A stretch of 64,000 bases of DNA from contig OW569369.1 in the NCBI GenBank assembly GCA_937625935.1, forward strand, positions 424,900-488,899, given 5' to 3'. This document shows, in pieces, positions 56,017 through 64,000 of the stretch (position 1 is its first letter; each line of letters starts with the position of its first letter). The notes beneath the pieces were generated by a model that was not told the DNA's origin, made no database searches, and worked only from the letters and a program-made list of their open reading frames with translations. Source of the DNA: Tetramitus jugosus (lineage: Eukaryota > Protista > Heterolobosea). Both the position numbers and the translations under genes were made by a program.

Positions 56017-58490
56017 GGGTGCATGGAATTTGACATAAAAAAATAAACCGGTTTATGTAAATTACAGGACATAAAATTTTCCTGTCATTCCTTGAACATA
56101 AAACTTTTGCGGTCAACCACTTGAGTCAACCAAAAGAAACACCAAAAACTCAAAAACAAAACAATCGACATGAGGCGTTCTACAAGAGGGAAGTATAACA
56201 ATATTAGACCGTTTCTGGACAACACCACCAGTCACATCGTTGTGGAGGGCATACATAACACATACCTCGCCTTTCAGGTCTATAAGAGAGTCAGAACATT
56301 AGAGGAGGTCCAACTACAATCACGTCCACTGTTCAATGCTATTCAATACAGTTTAGGAAAGTATTCAGATTCTACCTTCAAGTGGTCAGGTATCGTGTGG
56401 AGGAAAAGACAGGCAAGATGTCTCGGAACAAAGGAATGTACAACAACGGGTTGCAATTTTGTAAGGTAGACTACTCTTGTTTATTCTTATGCTTTCATGA
56501 CATACTTACACCTATTTCTAAGACCTATACAGAAGCTTCGATCGGTTTGCGATGTCCATAATACACCATTGACTCGATTTCCATGTACCGCAACAATATA
56601 CCACTTTATCTGTGACCTCCAGGAGGAGTATTTATTAATTTTCGGGGAACATTCCCATAAGGAGCCACCTCAACACAGAATTTCTCGATCTGTAAGGCTA
56701 TTGATAGAGAGAGCTGTGACTCAAAAGCCCAATATTACTGGTCTTCAGCTATCCCTCGGTGAATTACTTCCAAAGAAGGCCGCGGCTCTATGTCCCTCTT
56801 TGGCCAATATTGATCGATTGAATGAGCTGCGAAGAAACTGCCTCTCCAAAGTATATGGTGGACCTCTGGATATTTATTCTATTCCCAGAATGTTTTCGCT
56901 GAAGGAAAATTTGGTCAAAAAGAATTATGATGAACAAGAATTCAAGGGAATAACTGTTTCCTACTGGCTATTTCCATACCTTCGGAATTTTGTGGTTACT
57001 GATTCCAACACGTGGATCCAAACTCAGTCTTTCTTCCAAAGCTACTTAGTACCACTGGTGGATTGCTTGGTAATCGATGTAAAACATGATAGCAATTTAC
57101 ATCACTTTGGGATCTGTGGATTTGTACCTGTGATGAACAAAACTGTCATGCTTTGCCGAGTCCAGTTGAATAGTTTAACTGCAGATAGCTATCGTATGGC
57201 GTTCATTCAGTTTTTGAACACTCTAATGGACGACGGGATTGACATCAACCTATTGTTTGATGAGATTTCAGGTATTTTGGTCGATTTTTCAACAGCGCAA
57301 TACCAAGGCTTGAAACTAGCGCTAGAAGAGATCTTCGGGGAGAATGATTTGGCGGAATCGTTGATCAAAGGATGTCATGTACACTGGCTAAGATCCTGCA
57401 AGAGAATAGCCAAGTTGATCTGTTCTCCTGACAAGGAGGAGGCTTTTGTGAACTTCTGCAAAACAATCCCATTTGAGAAGGATTGTGAATCCGTCACAAC
57501 CATATTCAAAGCCATAGGGATCACTTATCCAGGTGCTAGATCATGGGTAGATTGGTGGACTAGGGACTCTAATCTCAAACTACTTTCTCAGGCCTACAGT
57601 CTAGTTGAAAATTGGTGTGATATACCACACACGACGAATAATGTGGAATCATTACACAATATTATGCAATTAGTGCACACCAAGAATGTAGTGGTAAATA
57701 GTTCAACTCTATTTGACATTGATGAAAGAGCGTTCTTAGAATTCAGAAGTATTCTTGCGAATGTTGACCTGTCATACAAGAGCAACAACATAGATGCGCG
57801 TTTAAAGAGAGCAGAGAAACGGAGGACAAAGAGATACTTCAACGACGGTAGGGCACCTGATACTATTTCGCAAGGGATTGGGAGGAGTAAGGAGAACAGG
57901 ACTGGTTTGCAGCGATTTGTGGACTCAATCGCCCAAGTCGATGAATCGGATTGTGATTCAGTTCCTCCTACTGAACAAGTAGACTCAGTAACTGATGACC
58001 ACTGTTCCCTTTCTGTTACACCGGTCGTTTCTAGAAAGGATAGGAGAAGAAGACCTAGACCTCAGAGAACAGATCCAGTGAGTCCAGCCAGCTCTTCTCC
58101 TCTCTCAAAACTAACGAGAAAAGAGTAAGTTGTCAAAAACCAGTCTCGCTTGCTTGGTTCCGCATCATCAGCCTTGATGATTTTCTCTTTACCCAAGCAG
58201 CGAGCGGAGCATTAACCCGAAGGCGACAACCCTTTTCCCATTTTCTACTGCCTGCAGAGCAGATGGGTTCTCAATGGCCACATTCCAGTTATGTGGATCA
58301 GAACGCTGTTTTGTTCAACAACTAAAATACAATTTTCCTTTATTTCTCTCGTCTGGATATCGAACAAAAGTTGATGTGGTTTGTTTGTGAAAGAAATTTT
58401 TTTTTATGTCATTTGGACGGTCATAAAACATTTTCATGTCAAGTCTCCAACACAAAAAGTTTATTTTTTGATGTCAAACTCAGGTCACTC
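56017..58490 (+). mobile_element. Mutator-like DNA transposon (MULE), 2474 bp
   Basis: 9-bp TSD TTGTTTCAG at 56008-56016 and 58491-58499. Imperfect TIRs: GGGTGCATGGAATTTGACATAAAAAAATAAAC vs GAGTGACCTGAGTTTGACATCAAAAAATAAAC. Confidence 0.93.
56170..58128 (+). CDS. MULE DDE transposase with N-terminal GCM-like zinc finger (intron 56466-56522)
   Basis: Spliced CLGTKECTTTGCNFVRP...C..H...C...GEHSH..PP. Catalytic IDVKH, LVDFS, GCHVHW, TTNNVESLH. Confidence 0.9.
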
Positions 58491-58982
58491 TTGTTTCAGA
58501 AATTCAAAAGTTTATTTCACTCAAAATTACTACACCCATGCTGAGCGCAAAATTAATGAGCGAAGAACTAATATGCTTGCAAATTCGACCAAAATTGCTC
58601 AGATAATCGGGAAGAGTACAAAAATGTCCAAGTGGGTAGTATGAAGTACCTGTTGGATTTTGCACTCAATAAACATGAGAACTACCGATGAATGACTGAA
58701 CATATCCTTGATATAGTAGTCAATTCCTTTCTCGAGGCGTTTGTTAAACTCTTTAACAGTTTCTACCGACGGGAGTGATTCATTACCAAGACACTTTAAA
58801 TTATCTTGAAAGCGCTCAACAATTGGTTCAGTCAAATAATCAAATCTCTGTGTGAACTTCAGATGACGCTCTCTGAACAAGCCTCTTCGAATAGTTTTTA
58901 TTGTGTTTCACAGACATTGTTGGTATTTCCAAGATTGTTCATATAGAGTACTCTGTTTTGAGCAGTCTATGTGACAGTTGTC

Positions 58983-59597
58983 CCATCATTTATTTGTCTG
59001 GGAACAGTATTCCAAAAACTTAAGATAGTAGTTAGAATAATTCTGGAGACTGATGAGAGTAAGATGTTGGGACTGATTGGAATATATTGTGCTCCAGAAC
59101 CGATATTTAGAGATATGATTGCACTAGAATATGTGAGTTAACTGATTCAGTAATACAAATCAAGATAGATAGTCATCACATGGTTGTACCCTTCGGAAGG
59201 GTTATAGTGCGCTATAACAAACCAGAGGACCATGCATCCTCAACAAGATAGTTAGGAGATGAATGTTCAATGTCACATATTGTTCTCCATATATGGTTTG
59301 GAACTTCAGAACATAGAAACAATTACCTCTCACCATTTGGTATTGCTCCACAGACTGGTGTCAGAACAGATTGCAAACTCTTCAGTTTATGATAGTGAGA
59401 TCAGAGATTTATATGAGCAGCAGAAGTTGTATGTTGGTAGTTTAGAAGCCTCTGATGGATATCACAGTAGTGACAGTATCAGAAGAATAACTGCAATGAT
59501 TGGCAGACATGATCCCAAGAATATCAGATTACATCTATCAACATTTATCGATAATGAATATGAAATGAAATGGACATGGTTTATTGAACGATCGTGA
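58983..59597 (+). pseudogene. Degenerate unknown gene
   Basis: One protein-like frame interrupted by several TAA/TAG; a possible 36-nt GTGAGT...ATAG intron removes three of them. Confidence 0.4.
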
Positions 59598-59767
59598 GAA
59601 TGACATTTTCATTCCATGAAGATAGAAAATTGTAGGATGACAGTTGCAGTTGTGAAGCTACTTCCATAACTTTGAAGCAGTTTGTGGATACATATTATAA
59701 GAGTAGAAAACCTAGTACACTGAGTCACAGCCAGTGCTCGAAACATTTTATCAACCCTATAAAAGGT

Positions 59768-59863
59768 CTCCCATACCGGGACTCGAACCCGGGTCTTCCG
59801 GGAACTTTTGCATTTCAGCTGGAAGTGAAAGCCGGATATCCTAACCAGCTAGACTATATGGGA
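59768..59863 (-). tRNA. tRNA-Glu(TTC) with 23-nt intron (59803-59825)
   Basis: Acceptor TCCCATA/TATGGGA, TCCGG-CT-TTC-A[intron]C-CCGGA, T arm CCGGG-TTCGAGT-CCCGG. Confidence 0.93.
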
Positions 59864-59912
59864 AGATATTAGTTTCATTTTTGGGTAAATAAATACGAAA
59901 AAACGTGTTAAA

Positions 59913-60935
59913 AAACGCGAACACATCAAAACAAGGACCGTCAGCACAGGCGGTAATGATCAGCAGAAGTGCATTCAGTGGTTTAACTGCACAAAAGTGT
60001 TGAAGGATTCCACGGCGGAGATTAATGGTAGGATGAGAGGTAAGCAAGGAGGAAATTGAGACCTGGGCTGGTCGGGATAATGTGCATAGAGTAGAATTGA
60101 GAGGAAATTTGGCCATTTTATCCACCAAAGATCCTAGATGTGCGAATACACTTCTGGAATCGGAATTGATGAAGATGAGATTCAGAGTGAGTAAAATGGA
60201 TGGAGCAAACAAGAGGGTCGAAATGACAACAATGACAACAACACCAGCAATTGAGATTATAGAGGAATCACAGGAAACAATTCTAATGATGGTTCCAAAG
60301 TCCGTGTTAGACCATCCCGATATCTCGGGAGGCATAAAGAAGAAGTTAGAACAGCTGAGGCTTAATGTGGAGTATGCTGCGAGAAATATCGAAACAACAG
60401 AAGGGACCCTTTTCAAATATACTGATGATGATATTGTGTATTTGAATGGAGTTTCCATGTTACGGGTACAAGATATACAGTTGTTGCGGAAAGAGAAATG
60501 TTTGAATTGCAATACACCCAATGGTTGTGAACATCGGTTTTGCAAATCATGTTGTTGTATGGTTCGTTGTAAATTGGATACTCCAGGAAAGAGTGGAAAG
60601 CTTGTTTGTGCGATGCATAGAAAAAATTCGAAAAACGATCATGAGAAGATTGCCACTGCTGTGCCTGCTACGATAGAAGCAACTGTCTCTAATTCAACAG
60701 TACAAGATCTATCTAGTTGCACCTATCCGACAGAGATGTCAGCGGTATCACCGGAATCGCCCACGAGTGGGAATGTTAATCCAACCAACCCAGTCAACAC
60801 GCCTAATCAACCACCATGCCGTTGTTCAAGTGCATGTGTTTATAGGTCGTTTAACAAATGTACCATAGTACTTCCTGTCATGTAACAAATAATAGATGTA
60901 GAAATAATCTTGAAACCAATCAAGATGCGAGGCGG
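59913..60935 (+). mobile_element. Putative retrotransposon ORF1/gag-like fragment (RRM-like plus Cys/His finger)
   Basis: ORF 60082-60885 lacks a proper start and extends upstream via one frameshift to about 59913; finger CLNCNTPNGCEHRFCKSCC...CAMH. Confidence 0.5.
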
Positions 60936-61323
60936 AAAACGCGTGCATGAAACAGTTAGTTCTTTTCATATGTGGGATGTGTGAAAATTAACTGTTTTGG
61001 TGTAACCGAACTTTCATCCATCATCGAACTGCAATTATTGTTCATTGTGATGAAACAGTCGACTCTTGGATATCATTTATGATTTACAGGAGTGATACAA
61101 TTGACTTTCACTGTTCTATTCGAAGATCGGACATTGGTGGATGAAGTAGGTGAGGATTGAAAAAATGGATGAATGATAGCACGAGTTTCATCCATCTTAG
61201 TGCGATTGTTGTCTATATTGTGCACTCTGTGATCTTATTGTTACCAAACAATTCTCTTACTGGACCATTGCCGATAATTGAGAAGCATACGATATTTTGC
61301 TGTCAAGTTTGATCCCAAAAGTC

Positions 61324-61561
61324 AATGGTATTTTGCTCAATCATGAATCCCTTCGGTCTGGTCCAACTTTTGTCACCAGAAAGATCACAGTGGTCGTTGT
61401 TCGTATCAAGAATGGTCTCCAAGAATGCATGTATCTCGGTAATTTGGACAGTAAGAAGAGATTGGAGTCATACCAAGGACTACATTGAAGTCATGAGGTT
61501 GATGTCAAGCTGAAAGCCTCAAGACTATGTTGTTGCTACAGGTGAAACTCACTCTGTGAGA
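61324..61561 (+). pseudogene. gmd: GDP-mannose 4,6-dehydratase fragment
   Basis: NGILLNHES...TFVTRKIT...YLGNLDSK / [11 protein letters not shown] / DYVVATGETHSVR, with a frameshift and an internal TGA. Confidence 0.9.
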
Positions 61562-63175
61562 CAAGGCATTCGGTTTTGTCGGTATCATTGAACATGGGTC
61601 AGTGCACTCAAGAGAATTGACTGGTCATCTATAGAGGGTTAGTTGGATCCATGAAACTAGATTATTGTTATGTTTGGTGTGTTAATTTGTCAAGGTTTCG
61701 GCACAGGACTCGAGGAGCCAAGACTTGAAGACTTTGACAAGCAAACTTTTTTCTGTAGTCGCATGCGGGATCGGGAGAAAATCCATCCAACGGCAAGAGC
61801 GCTGTTCGAAAACATTGGAATTATAACATACATGAGCACAAGACAAAATTTGGAGATTTACGATTTTAAAAAAATTGCCGTTTAAACAACGATTATCCAC
61901 AGGATTCGACAAGCAAACATTGTTTACCTGATGTGACCAACCAGATGATTCAGTCTAATCCAATAGTTGATATCTGTTTCCAACTTAGGAATTATTTTCC
62001 AGTGACATAATTCGGGAATGCAGCTGCGTCATTTCTTTGATTTTTTTCGTGTTTGTACTTACAAGTCAATATATCCAGTCTTCTAACAAAATCTCCATAA
62101 AACCTATAATTTACGAATTGTCATTATCAAAGGATGGAAGGCTAAGTGCGAGGAGCTCATTGCAGCCTGTTTGGACGAGGACACCACAACTCAATTGGCG
62201 CTCTCATCCTTCAGAAAGCATCAGAGTTGATCCTATCTGACAAGGTCTCCGAGGTAGGACACTTGCTCAAGATGACGGACAAGGAAATTGAGACGTTACA
62301 ACATGACGTCTTCTCCTTCACCTACATGCGCTATGCATTGTGAAAGAAGGAGTCTGGGAAGGGTCAAGTTCTCTTCAAGTTGATCAAGGGGCGAGATCCA
62401 CACGGGTTCGTCAAAAAGTCATGTACGGAACACTGATAAGAATTGCTCCACGACAGAGCAAAAACTAAGCCAAATTGAAGAACCAAAACGAACACACCGA
62501 TGCTCAAGAACACGGGCAACATGCTGGCAATGTTCTTTTTCCAATTCATCACTCTCAAATATGGTGGGTCACTCATGAAGATTTTCTTCGTTCAAAAACT
62601 GAACAAAGAAAACAAGAAAGAAAAAAACAAGCGCCCAAATCAGAGCACTGATTGTTCATACTCCAACACCTCAGTGCACACGTTGGGAAATTTTTTCTCG
62701 AAAACACAAACAAACAAAGCAAAACGACAACATCACTTGATGCTAGTTTTTTTTCACAGTTGAAACAACCACCACACATCATCATCTTTAATATGAAAAG
62801 GCATGTTGAATCGACGGTTGCAGTGGTAGTAATTGACATGATGGATGAATTGATTGATTGATAGGATCAGCGGATAATGCGTGTGATTGCGTTATTTTGT
62901 GAAAAAAAGAGAGAAGCTTGTGATGGACAAAAAATAAGACCAACAATGGTTGTCTGGTTGTGCGCCTGGTTGAGCTTTAAAAACAGCTCCCCTGAACGCA
63001 CCTCTTGGGTTTGGGTTTGGTTGTGAGATATAACCAAACCCAGAATCAATAAATACACTCTTCCTCATCGCTTTAAGCAGCATCTTACTTTGTATATCAC
63101 TTGAGGATTTCAACTTAAGACTATGGAGTCAAAATTCATTGTTGTTATCGCAGTATACTCGTAACATCATGATTC

Positions 63176-63227
63176 CAGTTGGGTTTCAGGACCAAAAACC
63201 CAACTGAAACCCAACTGAAACCCAACT
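63176..63227. repeat. Subtelomeric 11-bp repeat (CCCAACTGAAA) with an inverted copy
   Basis: About 2.5 tandem copies at 63199-63227; reverse complement CAGTTGGGTTTCAG at 63176-63189. Confidence 0.85.
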
Positions 63228-63272
63228 TTCTCAAAAAATAGGCTGGAACTCCAAATTTCAGCCTGAGGGTGT

Positions 63273-63925
63273 GGGTTTGGGTTTGGGTTTGGGTTTGGGT
63301 TTGGGTTTGGGTTTGGGTTTGGGTTTGGGTTTGGGTTTGGGTTTGGGTTTGGGTTTGGGTTTGGGTTTGGGTTTGGGTTTGGGTTTGGGTTTGGGTTTGG
63401 GTTTGGGTTTGGGTTTGGGTTTGGGTTTGGGTTTGGGTTTGGGTTTGGGTTTGGGTTTGGGTTTGGGTTTGGGTTTGGGTTTGGGTTTGGGTTTGGGTTT
63501 GGGTTTGGGTTTGGGTTTGGGTTTGGGTTTGGGTTTGGGTTTGGGTTTGGGTTTGGGTTTGGGTTTGGGTTTGGGTTTGGGTTTGGGTTTGGGTTTGGGT
63601 TTGGGTTTGGGTTTGGGTTTGGGTTTGGGTTTGGGTTTGGGTTTGGGTTTGGGTTTGGGTTTGGGTTTGGGTTTGGGTTTGGGTTTGGGTTTGGGTTTGG
63701 GTTTGGGTTTGGGTTTGGGTTTGGGTTTGGGTTTGGGTTTGGGTTTGGGTTTGGGTTTGGGTTTGGGTTTGGGTTTGGGTTTGGGTTTGGGTTTGGGTTT
63801 GGGTTTGGGTTTGGGTTTGGGTTTGGGTTTGGGTTTGGGTTTGGGTTTGGGTTTGGGTTTGGGTTTGGTTTGGGTTTGGGTTTGGGTTTGGGTTTGGGTT
63901 TGGGTTTGGGTTTGGGTTTGGGTTT
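63273..63925 (+). repeat. Telomeric array (GGGTTT)n, about 109 units
   Basis: Uninterrupted hexamer except one GGTTT at 63867; G-rich strand runs 5'->3' toward the window end. Confidence 0.97.
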
Positions 63926-64000
63926 TTTTATTGGTAATTTTTTTATATTTTTTTGTTTTAATTTTTTTTATATTTTTTTTTTTTATTTTATTTTTAATTT

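Noticed and set aside
58983-59258. Stop-codon reassignment (TAA/TAG as sense), suggested by in-frame TAR codons here, at 20136 and near 53863
   Set aside because: Long genes in the window contain no internal TAR and several end at TAG or TAA; an intron plus decay explains these cases.
59672-59872. Short ORF containing RDSNPG
   Set aside because: Antisense translation of the tRNA-Glu gene.
63269-63937. 222-aa WV/GF-repeat ORF
   Set aside because: Translation of the telomeric repeat.
63926-64000. T-rich tail beyond the telomere
   Set aside because: Probably a low-quality read end or adapter artefact; no structure.

Overview
Gene-dense eukaryotic chromosome end. It has short GT-AG introns, uses the standard genetic code and ends in about 109 (TTTGGG) telomeric repeats. 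Ciliary genes (CCDC42-like, BROMI-like), Zn2Cys6 factors and N/Q-rich proteins suggest a flagellated protist, possibly heterolobosean (Naegleria-like); the taxon is inferred. Housekeeping genes include RagA, SAHH, copine, PP1 inhibitor-3, TBC1D19-like, a BAG protein and Mpv17. There are three tRNA genes: Gln-CTG and intron-containing Thr-CGT and Glu-TTC. Main findings: (1) an apparent tRNA-gene-targeted non-LTR retrotransposon family. A 5'-truncated LINE with poly(A), a 14-bp TSD and twin 3' hairpins sits head-to-head about 50 bp upstream of tRNA-Thr, and an ORF1-like fragment lies at the same distance and orientation from tRNA-Glu. (2) A complete Mutator-like element with TIRs, a 9-bp TSD and an intron-containing GCM-finger DDE transposase. 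(3) A CCCH-finger/coiled-coil/kinase/HECT fusion gene. (4) Tandem F-box genes fused to degenerate Rab-like domains, with a gene-conversion tract. The last 15 kb show frameshifted genes, pseudogenes, a possible horizontally acquired acyltransferase and subtelomeric hairpins. All protein family calls come from motif recognition by eye; no searches were run.
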